A DNA stretch of 61,498 nt from Candidatus Woesearchaeota archaeon (GTDB taxonomy: Archaea > Nanobdellota > Nanobdellia > SCGC-AAA011-G17 > GW2011-AR18). The stretch is from positions 1-61,498 of the forward strand of contig JACPCE010000004.1 in assembly GCA_016179945.1 (NCBI GenBank), in the 5' to 3' direction. The position numbers and the translations under genes are program-made. Positions 1 through 8,950 of this stretch are shown piece by piece (the first letter of the stretch is position 1; each line of letters begins with the position of its first letter). Under the pieces are notes generated by a model that ran no database searches, was not told the DNA's origin, and saw only the letters and a list, made by a program, of their open reading frames with translations.

Positions 1-24
1 AAAAGAAAAAGTTTTGGTTATGGA

Positions 25-588
25 ATGAAAGCTGAAGCAATCAGGTTGGCTGCATTTGCTTCTCTGCCTTTACCTGGGAGTTATGAATTAACTACTACTG
101 GTTTAGCTTTATTAAAAAAGAAGATTGAAAAAGGAGAAGTTGATAATCTTACACTCAAAGCATTTAGAGATTTTACTCCTTTGAAAAATATTAAAATAGA
201 TAAAAACAAATTAACTGGAAGCCCTTATCTAAGAATTTATACCAAGAATAAAAAATTATTTTTTGATATAATTTATAGAAACAAATTAAATGAGAAGTTG
301 TTTCTTTATGGAAGTTTGATGGATCCGAAAGTTGAGTATTATATAACTGGAGAAATAGTTGAAGGTTATAAGGATATTTTAATAGGTTATAGAAAAAATA
401 ATATTTTAATTGAGAATAAATTTTATCCAATAGCTGTTAAATATATTAATGGAGAAATAGAGGGTAAAATTATTAATATAAATAAAAGGAAAATAAAGTT
501 AATAGATAAATATGAGGGAAGGAATTATAAAAGAAAAAAAGTAGTTCTAAAAAGCGGCATTAGTGCATGGGTTTATGTTAGAAAATAA
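25..588 (+). CDS. Protein with a C-terminal gamma-glutamylcyclotransferase (AIG2-like) domain; probably 5'-truncated by the window edge
   Basis: C-terminal LFLYGSLM...IDKYEG..YKR...AWVY is the GGCT/AIG2 pattern. The frame is open from base 1, so the real start may lie upstream. Confidence 0.7.
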   Translation: MKAEAIRLAAFASLPLPGSYELTTTGLALLKKKIEKGEVDNLTLKAFRDFTPLKNIKIDKNKLTGSPYLRIYTKNKKLFFDIIYRNKLNEKLFLYGSLMDPKVEYYITGEIVEGYKDILIGYRKNNILIENKFYPIAVKYINGEIEGKIININKRKIKLIDKYEGRNYKRKKVVLKSGISAWVYVRK

Positions 589-701
589 TCATTTATATAC
601 TCAATTAATCTAACATAAGATACTTTAAAATTATCTGCAAAGACTGATTTCTTTGCCATGAACTAAATTAAAATAAGAAAAATTATAAAGATAGCTGATA
701 A

Positions 702-1100
702 TTAACGGTACGATTTTTGTCTACTTGCACGTGCCTTGGAATCATTTGGTTTTCTAGTTTCACGAACCCTTATATCCTGCACAAGAAGGTGTCTGTCATA
801 ATCTAAAAATGGTTTTTTTAGTTTTTTATTGAATTCAACTAAAGCTCTTGCAATTGCAATTCTTGCAGCTTCTGTTTGTCCTTGCATTCCACCACCTGAA
901 ACACTTACATTAATATTAACCTTCTGCCATGTATCATCTGAAAGTATTAAAGGTTCCATTAATCTTTGCCTTAGCAACTCAGGCTGTATTGTATCTAAAA
1001 GCTGATGATTGATTCTTATTGTTCCTTTACCAGCAGATAATGTAGCTTTAGCTAAAGCAGTTTTTCTCTTACCAATTGTCTGTATTGTTTTCTTTGCCAT
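702..1100 (-). CDS. rps9: 30S ribosomal protein uS9
   Basis: GKRKTA...GGGMQGQ...RIAIARAL...ASRQKSYR. Confidence 0.97.
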   Translation of the reverse strand: MAKKTIQTIGKRKTALAKATLSAGKGTIRINHQLLDTIQPELLRQRLMEPLILSDDTWQKVNINVSVSGGGMQGQTEAARIAIARALVEFNKKLKKPFLDYDRHLLVQDIRVRETRKPNDSKARASRQKSYR

Positions 1101-1102
1101 AT

Positions 1103-1522
1103 TTATGCAACGCCCTTGCCAACTGATTTGGCTAAATCATTTACTGTTATAAAATTTAATGTTTTTAACTTACTATAATCTGCTCCTTTTATTGTCTCTA
1201 ATTTTTGATTTTTGTATGATTCAGGCAAACCCATAAAACATTTAATACGCTTAAAAGCTTTCATACCTCTTTCTTGTTTGTAAGGCAACATTCCCCTAAT
1301 TGTTCTTTTTACTATACGATCAGGCATCTTTGGATAGAAAGGGCCTTTGTAAGCATGACCCATATGCTGTTTTTCTATAAACCTTTTTAATAATGTTTTT
1401 TTTATTCCTGTAAGTACTATTTTTTCACTATTTACAATTATTACAAATTCTCCTTCTAATGCTGTTTTAGCTGCAAATGAAGCTAATCTTCCTAATATTA
1501 AGTTTGTACCATCTATTATCAT
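1103..1522 (-). CDS. rpl13: 50S ribosomal protein uL13, archaeal type
   Basis: MIIDGTNLILGRLAS...GPFYPKMPDRIVKRTIRGMLP; adjacent to rps9. Confidence 0.97.
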   Translation of the reverse strand: MIIDGTNLILGRLASFAAKTALEGEFVIIVNSEKIVLTGIKKTLLKRFIEKQHMGHAYKGPFYPKMPDRIVKRTIRGMLPYKQERGMKAFKRIKCFMGLPESYKNQKLETIKGADYSKLKTLNFITVNDLAKSVGKGVA

Positions 1523-1601
1523 ATTTATTTGGAAAAGTATTGGGTTTTTAAATGTTTTTCTTTATAAAAAATTTTAAATACACAACATACTATAAGATTT
1601 T

Positions 1602-1793
1602 ATGGGAAAATATACAAAACTTGCTTTAACAGTCAATGTTGTTGTTTTTAGTTTAATATTCTTATTACATTTATTTAGAATAATATCTGGTTTTGAAGTT
1701 AGATTTGGGAGTTTAATTATTCCTAATTGGATAAGTTACATAGCACTTGTTGTAGCTTTGGTTTTGATATATTTAAATTATAAAGGACTTTAG
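1602..1793 (+). CDS. Small two-TM membrane protein
   Basis: Two hydrophobic segments around HLFRI and PNWIS; TATA-like element upstream. Confidence 0.65.
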   Translation: MGKYTKLALTVNVVVFSLIFLLHLFRIISGFEVRFGSLIIPNWISYIALVVALVLIYLNYKGL

Positions 1794-1827
1794 CAATATT
1801 ATTAAATTTTTCTGAGATTTTAATTTT

Positions 1828-2289
1828 ATGAAAATAGCTGTTATTGAAGATAGAATTGCTGATGTAAGAAGAAATTATTCTATGTTAGTTAGAAGTAGAC
1901 ATGATGTTTCTGTATTTTATTTACCACCAAATACATTTGTTGATGTTGGCAGTCTTCTTGAAGAGGCATTCTCATTAGAAATAGATAATTTAGTTTCATA
2001 TGGATTTAGAAGAGACAAAATAACATTTCCTATATTATCTAGGGAAAACCCTTATTATAGATTTGATCGTGAAAAATTAAGATCTGATAGATTTAATATA
2101 TTTTTTATTGATGGTTTAGACGGTGAATGTTTTAATATTATTAGAGACTATGGACTTCCAAAAGATAAAATATGTATTGCAAGCGATTATAGTGCAATAG
2201 TTGATCATGCCAGAGAATTAGGTTATTCAACTGTGGAAAAACAAAATGCTGATATTCATGAATTAGTTGACAGATTAAAAGCAGCTTAA
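1828..2289 (+). CDS. Divergent receiver (REC/CheY)-like protein
   Basis: MKIAVIED start, FNIFFIDG (putative phospho-Asp strand), ICIASD, GYSTVEK; long insertion after helix 1. Confidence 0.5.
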   Translation: MKIAVIEDRIADVRRNYSMLVRSRHDVSVFYLPPNTFVDVGSLLEEAFSLEIDNLVSYGFRRDKITFPILSRENPYYRFDREKLRSDRFNIFFIDGLDGECFNIIRDYGLPKDKICIASDYSAIVDHARELGYSTVEKQNADIHELVDRLKAA

Positions 2290-2324
2290 GCAAAGTTTAT
2301 TAATATTATTTACTCTCATTTATT

Positions 2325-2885
2325 ATGGAAACTGAAAATTTTATTACAAAGGAAATGACTATTGGAGATGTAGTAAATAAATATCCAGAAACAACTTCAA
2401 TTATGCTAAATTATGGTTTACACTGTGTTGGCTGTGCTGTCAACCCTTATGAAACTATAGAAAATGGGTGCTTAGGCCATGGCATTGATGAAGAAACAAT
2501 TGATAAATTAATTAAGGACTTGAATCAAGAAATAGCAAAAAGAGATGAAAGATTTAAGAAAATTATTTCCATTACTGATAATGCTTCAAAGAAATTCAAG
2601 GAATTTATAAAAGGAGAAAATAAGAATTATTGTGGTATAAGGTTTGGTGTTGTTGATACAGGGAGTACTTTGCAGTATACATTAGATTTTGCAGATTCTG
2701 CTAATGAAAATGAAGAAGTTTTTGAGGATAATGGATTAAAAATATTTATTGAAAAAGAATCTGTTAATTTAATAAAAGGAACACAAATTGATTATATTGA
2801 AAACGAAAGAGGAAGTGGTTTTAAAATAGATAATCCAAGTGCTGAAAAATCTAGTGGATGCGGATCTGGCTGTGGCTGTCATTAA
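2325..2885 (+). CDS. DUF1858-domain / A-type Fe-S carrier (HesB/IscA-like) fusion
   Basis: ITKEMTIGDVV...GLHCVGC..ETIE (DUF1858), then ITDNA...IDY...GFKIDNP...CGSGCGCH (HesB). Confidence 0.8.
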   Translation: METENFITKEMTIGDVVNKYPETTSIMLNYGLHCVGCAVNPYETIENGCLGHGIDEETIDKLIKDLNQEIAKRDERFKKIISITDNASKKFKEFIKGENKNYCGIRFGVVDTGSTLQYTLDFADSANENEEVFEDNGLKIFIEKESVNLIKGTQIDYIENERGSGFKIDNPSAEKSSGCGSGCGCH

Positions 2886-2936
2886 GTATATTCTACTATA
2901 TAAAAATTTATATAATTCTATTTTAGATTAGAATTT

Positions 2937-3704
2937 ATGCCTGAAGTATCTGAAAGAATTCACAGGGTTAACAATCCAACTTTAACCGGGGTTCTTGATG
3001 TTGGAGATTTTGTTTTTACACATTGTGGTACAAAAGGAGATTTTCCTACTTATGGTGTTATTGTTTATTTGTGGTCTGGTAGACCAGAACATGTAAGTGT
3101 GTATCATTATGGTTTAGGTTTTCCAACATTAATTGCTAGAAAACCTTCTGAAAGGACTATTAAAAAAGTTTCTAGAGATGAAGCACTTGAAGATTTTAGA
3201 AGAACATATCAAGGCATTCAAGCTGAATCAGATAGAAGAAGTCTTCCTAATCTTCAACGTGCTTTAGTGTCAAGAAGAGCTGATTACTTAAGACAAATAG
3301 TAGAATATTTAGATAGTGGAGGAGATAGTTCTAGTCTTGGCTTGTATCCTTCTAATAGTTTTATACCAAAGCAACCAGAAAGCACTAGTTATATTGTTAG
3401 ACCTTTATATCGTGGTAAGGGACAATATTATGGCAGTCTAAGTCTTTTAGGAAATAATGAATATTTTTATGAAGACCAATTTGATGATCCGAAACTTGAA
3501 GAGTTGATAGGTGTTACTACTGAGGAACATTATGATGAAAGATTTTTATCAGATTTATTACATAATTTAAGACCTAGAGGAATAGGGAAATTTGCTGGTA
3601 CTAAAGTAAATCCAATAATTGGCTACAAAGCATATGCAGTTCCAGAAGATAGTGCTGGTTTAGTTAAAGGTTACAAAGTTGTTCTAAGATTATTAGGAGA
3701 ATAA
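2937..3704 (+). CDS. Hypothetical protein
   Basis: 255-aa ORF with upstream TATA; no recognisable family. Confidence 0.65.
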   Translation: MPEVSERIHRVNNPTLTGVLDVGDFVFTHCGTKGDFPTYGVIVYLWSGRPEHVSVYHYGLGFPTLIARKPSERTIKKVSRDEALEDFRRTYQGIQAESDRRSLPNLQRALVSRRADYLRQIVEYLDSGGDSSSLGLYPSNSFIPKQPESTSYIVRPLYRGKGQYYGSLSLLGNNEYFYEDQFDDPKLEELIGVTTEEHYDERFLSDLLHNLRPRGIGKFAGTKVNPIIGYKAYAVPEDSAGLVKGYKVVLRLLGE

Positions 3705-3761
3705 ATATTAAAAAATTATTTAATCAATAAATTTATATACAAATCAATTTTTATTTTTCTT

Positions 3762-4697
3762 ATGAATAAAAAAGAGTATGATGTTATTATTATTGGTTCT
3801 GGACCTGGTGGTATAACTGCTTCTATTTATACTGTTAGAGCAAATCTAAAAACTTTAGTGATAGGTGGAAGTACTCCTGGTGGCCAATTAATGATAACTA
3901 CAGATGTAGATGACTTTCCTGGATTTCCTGGCGGAATTCAAGGCCCTGAATTAATGCAAAGAATGAGAAAGCAGGCAGAATTATTGGGTGTAGAATTTTT
4001 GGATGAGAATGTTACTAAAACTGATTTTAAAAAAAGACCTTTAAAATTATTTGCAGAAGAAAAAGAATTTTCTGCTCATGCAGTTATAGTTGCAACTGGA
4101 GCAAGCGCTAAATGGTTAGGAATACCTTCAGAGAAAAATTTAATTGGTAAAGGTGTTAGTGCATGCGCAACGTGTGATGGATTTTTTTTCAAAAATAAAA
4201 ATGTATTGGTAATTGGTGGCGGGGACACTGCAATGAGGGAAGCACTTTATTTAGCTAAAATATGCAAAACAGTTACTGTTATCCATAGAAGAGATAAATT
4301 AAAGGCACAAGCTGCTTTGGAACAAAAAGCAAAAAATACAAAAAATATAAGCTGGGTTTGGAATTCAGTTGTTGAGGAATTTTTAGGAACAAATAAATTA
4401 GAAGGTGTAAAATTAAAGAACATTGTTACTAATAAAATTAGTGAATTAAAGTGTGAAGGTGTGTTTGTTGCTATAGGTCATAAACCAAATACTGGATTTT
4501 TAAAAGGAAATATTGAATTAGATGATCACAATTATATTGTAGTTAATGATCAGGTTAAAACAAATGTTGAAGGTGTATTTGCAGCTGGTGATGTTCATGA
4601 CTACAGATATATGCAAGCTGTCACTGCAGCTGGTGCAGGGTGTATGGCTGCTTTAGAAGCTAGTGATTATATAGAAGAACTAAAACATAAAAAATAA
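3762..4697 (+). CDS. trxB: Thioredoxin-disulfide reductase
   Basis: GSGPGG, CATCDG redox motif, GGGDTA, FAAGDV. Confidence 0.96.
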   Translation: MNKKEYDVIIIGSGPGGITASIYTVRANLKTLVIGGSTPGGQLMITTDVDDFPGFPGGIQGPELMQRMRKQAELLGVEFLDENVTKTDFKKRPLKLFAEEKEFSAHAVIVATGASAKWLGIPSEKNLIGKGVSACATCDGFFFKNKNVLVIGGGDTAMREALYLAKICKTVTVIHRRDKLKAQAALEQKAKNTKNISWVWNSVVEEFLGTNKLEGVKLKNIVTNKISELKCEGVFVAIGHKPNTGFLKGNIELDDHNYIVVNDQVKTNVEGVFAAGDVHDYRYMQAVTAAGAGCMAALEASDYIEELKHKK

Positions 4698-4698
4698 A

Positions 4699-4854
4699 AT
4701 GCCAAGACAAAACATAATAATATACAAGCAATCAAAAAAAGACATTAGAAAGCCAAAAGAAGTAAAGTTTCTTCACTGCCATAAAAATGTTAAATTCTTA
4801 AGTGCACATGTTAAGGCAAAACACATAGGTAAAAAACTAATTATTAAAAGATAA
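4699..4854 (+). CDS. Small basic protein, 51 aa (not in ORF track)
   Basis: ATG 1 nt after the trxB stop; MPRQNIIIYKQSKKDIRKPKEVKFLHCHKNVKFLSAHVKAKHIGKKLIIKR*. Confidence 0.5.
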   Translation: MPRQNIIIYKQSKKDIRKPKEVKFLHCHKNVKFLSAHVKAKHIGKKLIIKR

Positions 4855-4908
4855 TTATATTTACTTGTTAGTAGTAAAATATATAAACTTTATATTAATA
4901 TTATTTCT

Positions 4909-5592
4909 ATGATAACAAATCCAGATTTAAAAGAATTACACAGACTTTTAGCTAGATCTGAAGAATTTATTGAAATTAATGATGCTAAAAATGTTAAATT
5001 AAATATACCTGACTTAGGATTTTCTACATTATATTGCAGAAAAAGAGATCATTTAGTTGGCAGTGGAAAAAAGAGGTATTTGGTTGTTTTGATAGACAAA
5101 GAATTTCCTAATTTTAAAAGTGAAAAACATGTTGAATCATTTCTAAATTATGCTAGAGAATTAAATGAGAAGGGATATTATTTTGCTCCAGTATTAAAAA
5201 GCCCACCCTATTTAAGACATGATGGAAGAAGCAAATCAAGAGTTGAAATAGGTGATAAAAGATCAAGACATGTCAGAACTAAAGACATAGAAAGATTATT
5301 GATTAGAACTACAGAAAACAACTTGACTTATTATGTTCCTAATAGTGAAGAAAGCAAATTAATTTTAGTTTCTTTTGCATCTGTTCAATCTAGTTATGAT
5401 CATTTACCAGATGATCATGGAGCTAGAGTATTTGCTCCTGATGGAAGAACTTTGGAAAGAAGCATGCGTTATGATATAAAAACAAAATTTTATGACAGAA
5501 TTACTTTTGTTCCTGTTAAATCTAGAGGAAATTTAGCTATTGCTGCTAATAAAACAACAACTATTGAAGAAAGTCAACGTAGATTAATTTAG
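4909..5592 (+). CDS. Hypothetical protein
   Basis: 227-aa ORF with TATATAAA about 28 nt upstream. Confidence 0.65.
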   Translation: MITNPDLKELHRLLARSEEFIEINDAKNVKLNIPDLGFSTLYCRKRDHLVGSGKKRYLVVLIDKEFPNFKSEKHVESFLNYARELNEKGYYFAPVLKSPPYLRHDGRSKSRVEIGDKRSRHVRTKDIERLLIRTTENNLTYYVPNSEESKLILVSFASVQSSYDHLPDDHGARVFAPDGRTLERSMRYDIKTKFYDRITFVPVKSRGNLAIAANKTTTIEESQRRLI

Positions 5593-6134
5593 CAGTAATT
5601 TTGCTGGACAAAATAAGCAAGTTGTCTTTTACCTCTGTGAACCCTTGTTTTAACAGCACCAACACTGTCTATTTCTAATATTGTTTTTATTTCATCTATA
5701 TTATAACCAAGAAGTCTTAGTTCTAAAGCCCTACGATTTGTTCCATTTACTTCACTTAAACCATTTTCTAACAGTTCTTGTCTTTCTCTATCCTGTAAAT
5801 AGAATAATTGTGCTGGTTTTACTTTATCATATACTGCGCCTGGCAGATACCCTGTCCTTCCTCTAACATGTCTTCTCTCCTTTTTTAATTTCATTAATGC
5901 AGTATTTTTTGTTACTCTGTATATCCAAGTTTTAAATCTTGATTCTCCTTTAAAATTTCTTAGATTTTTATGTACTGCAAGAAAAACTTCGCTTGTTACA
6001 TCTTCTGCAAGTGTTGGATCTTTTACACAACCAACTGCAATACTATAAACATATCTATAATTATCTTTGTATAAATCTACAAAACTAGAATATTCTAAAC
6101 TTGGATGAATTCTTCTTCCTAATTGTTCTTTCAT
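5589..6134 (-). CDS. Sigma-70 family, ECF-type sigma factor homologue
   Basis: Region 2 AEDVTSEVFL...FKGESRFKTWIYRVTKNTALMKLKK; region 4 GYNIDEI...GAVKTRVHRGKRQL. Confidence 0.88.
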   Translation of the reverse strand: MKEQLGRRIHPSLEYSSFVDLYKDNYRYVYSIAVGCVKDPTLAEDVTSEVFLAVHKNLRNFKGESRFKTWIYRVTKNTALMKLKKERRHVRGRTGYLPGAVYDKVKPAQLFYLQDRERQELLENGLSEVNGTNRRALELRLLGYNIDEIKTILEIDSVGAVKTRVHRGKRQLAYFVQQNYC

Positions 6135-6173
6135 AGTTAATTAATTGAATGATAAATTTTATAAAATTAATCT

Positions 6174-6836
6174 TTATCTGTGTTTTTTGATATTTATTTT
6201 ATGGCAATATTTTTTTACTGGGCATTTTGAGCAGAATGGACTAATTGGAACACAAATATTTTGTCCAAAAACCACAAACAAATCATTAATATCATGATAA
6301 TATTCTTTTGGTATTATTCTAAGCAATTGTTTTTCTGTTTCATCTGGTTTTTTAGTTTTTATCCATCCCAACCTATTTGGTATTCTATGAACGTGTGTAT
6401 CAACAGCAATATGATTTTTGCTGTGGAATCCATAAGTCATGACTATATTCATTGTTTTTCTGCCAACACCTTTTAATTTTAATAATTCTTCTTCATTATC
6501 AGGAACTTTTCCACTGTAATTTTTTATTAGAACTTTGCAAATTTCTTTTATTCTTCTGGCTTTAGTCTTATAAAAACCAACTGGATAAATTAATTTTTCA
6601 ATTTGTTTTGTATTAAGTCTTAGAATTTTTTCTGGAGTATCAGCTACCTTGAATAATTGGCGAGATGCGATAGCAGTAACTGCATCTTTTGTTCTCAAGC
6701 TTAATAAACAAGAAATTAGAACTTTAAAAGGATTTTTTGTTATATCTCCTATTTCTGTTACTATTGCATTATTATACTTTTCACATTCTTTTTTTATTAG
6801 ATTAATCACTGCTTCTATATTATTAGATTTCAGCAT
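6174..6836 (-). CDS. nth: Endonuclease III
   Basis: HhH motif LKGVGRKT, AVDTHVHRI, C-terminal CxxxxxxCxxCxxxxxC Fe-S motif. Confidence 0.95.
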   Translation of the reverse strand: MLKSNNIEAVINLIKKECEKYNNAIVTEIGDITKNPFKVLISCLLSLRTKDAVTAIASRQLFKVADTPEKILRLNTKQIEKLIYPVGFYKTKARRIKEICKVLIKNYSGKVPDNEEELLKLKGVGRKTMNIVMTYGFHSKNHIAVDTHVHRIPNRLGWIKTKKPDETEKQLLRIIPKEYYHDINDLFVVFGQNICVPISPFCSKCPVKKYCHKINIKKHR

Positions 6837-6867
6837 TGGTTAAATAGCTATAAATTTTTATGAAATT

Positions 6868-7503
6868 ATGTCTGTATGCCTCATAACCTATGCTACATTT
6901 ATGAATCCCAGGTTATTTTCAGGATTGATTGGTCGTCTTGGTCATTCTACTAATATTTCTTATGATTTAGTATATGTCGCAGAACATCAGAGATTTTTTG
7001 GCTTTCCTGAAATAAGTGGTAAAATAATTTGTGATGTTTTTGATGATTCTGGTAAGGTAAAAATTCATGGACTTGGTGCTATGACTATTAGAGAATCTAG
7101 AAAAAATTGGTATAATGCAGTTTTGTATAAATATTTAGATGATGGACTTTTTGGAGAGTTAGATAGAATAGAAGGATCATCTTACTTAGTTAGAAAAAGA
7201 ATAGAAAAAGAACATATATTTAATTTTAGAGATAAATCTCCTTGGAACGAAACTACAGATGATATATATGTATATGAAGCATTAAAAGATATTCCATTAG
7301 AAGGTCGTAATTTACAATATGTTAGAAGAGGCATTGCTCCAAATAAAGATTATTTAGAAAAATGTAGAAATGGCCTTAGGCTTCATAGTTGTGCTTTTAG
7401 ACAAGAATTTGAGAGAACTACTTTTTTAATAGGGAAAGGTAATAACTCTAATGCTTTCTCTTTGGAAGATAGTGTGTTTTCAATAAATAATAGAATGTTT
7501 TAA
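6868..7503 (+). CDS. Divergent gamma-glutamylcyclotransferase-like protein
   Basis: LITYATFMNP, NAVLY, ELDRIEG, PNKDYL resemble GGCT/ChaC motifs. Confidence 0.5.
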   Translation: MSVCLITYATFMNPRLFSGLIGRLGHSTNISYDLVYVAEHQRFFGFPEISGKIICDVFDDSGKVKIHGLGAMTIRESRKNWYNAVLYKYLDDGLFGELDRIEGSSYLVRKRIEKEHIFNFRDKSPWNETTDDIYVYEALKDIPLEGRNLQYVRRGIAPNKDYLEKCRNGLRLHSCAFRQEFERTTFLIGKGNNSNAFSLEDSVFSINNRMF

Positions 7504-7530
7504 ATAATCAATATTATTTTAGAAAATAAA

Positions 7531-7653
7531 GGGGATGTAGTATAACTTGGTTCAGTATAGGGGCCTCCAGTAATGGAAATATGAGCTGTAAAGCGATGAT
7601 ATTATTTTTTGAGAAGAAAGCCTCGGATCAGGGTTCAAATCCCTGCATCCCCA
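7531..7653 (+). tRNA. trnW: tRNA-Trp(CCA) with a 48-nt intron at 37/38 (7571-7618)
   Basis: Acceptor GGGGATG/CATCCCC-A; anticodon stem GGGGC/GCCTC, loop CT-CCA-G^A; T arm CAGGG-TTCAAAT-CCCTG; relaxed BHB (CTCC/GAAG, AAA bulge). Confidence 0.92.
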
Positions 7654-7705
7654 CTTAATAATAAAAAATTTAAACATGCGAATTTCTCTTTGATAATTTT
7701 TAAAA

Positions 7706-8752
7706 ATGAGATTAGAAAATCTAGTTAGGGGTATTGTGAGTTCATTTATATTAGCTATGCCATCAGCATGCACTCCAAGCAAAGGCTCTATTCAGGATAT
7801 TAAGGAACATCAAGTTGAAAGAAAACAAAAGGGCTTTAATTTTGTTTCGTGGAAATCTGAAGAATATGAAAATTTATACTCAGATAATTCCTTGGAAGAA
7901 ATAAAGTTCCTTGGTAGTAATTTTGTTGCTTTAACTCCTATTCATTTTCAGGATGGAATTAATTCAACATTAATTTATTCACTTCATGGAACTACTTCAA
8001 CTTACTCTGCTTTAAGACATGCTATTGAAAAAGCGCATAGACTTGGAATAAAAGTTATGTTAAAGCCGCATATAGAATTAAAAGATGGAAACTGGCGTGC
8101 TATGATAAATTTTTCAAGTGATTATGAATATAGAATGTGGTTTTATAATTATCAAAGGTTAATAGTAGAATATGCAAAATTTGCGCAAGATAATAGTGTT
8201 GAACAAATTTGTATTGGAACTGAACTTGATGGCTTAACTTCTAGAGATGGAGACTGGCGTAGATTAATAAAAGAGATAAGAAATGTATTCAAAAGTAACA
8301 TAACTTATGCTGCAACATATAGCAATGCAAGATTTGTAAATTGGTGGAATGATTTAGATTTTATAGGTATAAATGCTTATTTTGAATTAACAAATAAACA
8401 AGACCCAAGCCCTTTAGATTTGTACAATTCATGGGTTGTATATTTAGATGATATTAAATTACTCTCAGATAAATATAAAAAAGATATTATATTTACAGAA
8501 GTTGGCTATAGAAGCTTGAATGGCACAAACAAAGCACCATGGGATTTTCTTTCTCAAGGAACAACAGATCTTGATGAACAGAAGGATGCATATGGTTCAA
8601 TATTTTGGTCTTTTTGGGATAAATCTTGGTTTAGTGGTGTTTATTTCTGGGCATGGGAAGCAAATCCAAAAAACACCCATGTGCTTGATAATGGATATAG
8701 TCCTAAAGGAAAACCAGCTGAAATCCATTTAATGGATTGGTTTAATAGATAA
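7706..8752 (+). CDS. Secreted/lipoprotein glycoside hydrolase, GH113-like TIM barrel
   Basis: Hydrophobic N-terminus with SAC; VMLKPHI, IGTEL, DFIGINAYF, FTEVGY, FWAW. Confidence 0.8.
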   Translation: MRLENLVRGIVSSFILAMPSACTPSKGSIQDIKEHQVERKQKGFNFVSWKSEEYENLYSDNSLEEIKFLGSNFVALTPIHFQDGINSTLIYSLHGTTSTYSALRHAIEKAHRLGIKVMLKPHIELKDGNWRAMINFSSDYEYRMWFYNYQRLIVEYAKFAQDNSVEQICIGTELDGLTSRDGDWRRLIKEIRNVFKSNITYAATYSNARFVNWWNDLDFIGINAYFELTNKQDPSPLDLYNSWVVYLDDIKLLSDKYKKDIIFTEVGYRSLNGTNKAPWDFLSQGTTDLDEQKDAYGSIFWSFWDKSWFSGVYFWAWEANPKNTHVLDNGYSPKGKPAEIHLMDWFNR

Positions 8753-8950
8753 ATTAGTAAGTGAACTAAATAATTGCTAAAGTAAAATATAAACAGATGT
8801 TGACAATTTATAGCTTGTATTAGTGTAAGATTTAAAAAAATTTACTCAATTCTATTAAAAACTTAATTCGCTAGCTAAATAGAAATGTTGTTACTTCAAA
8901 ATAGATACATACAGAAAACTTTATATAATAGTTCACATATCTTGAGACTT

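Noticed and set aside
8800-8806. TTGACA as a bacterial -35 promoter (also at 35052)
   Set aside because: No convincing -10 at the right spacing; archaeal BRE/TATA elements explain these promoters
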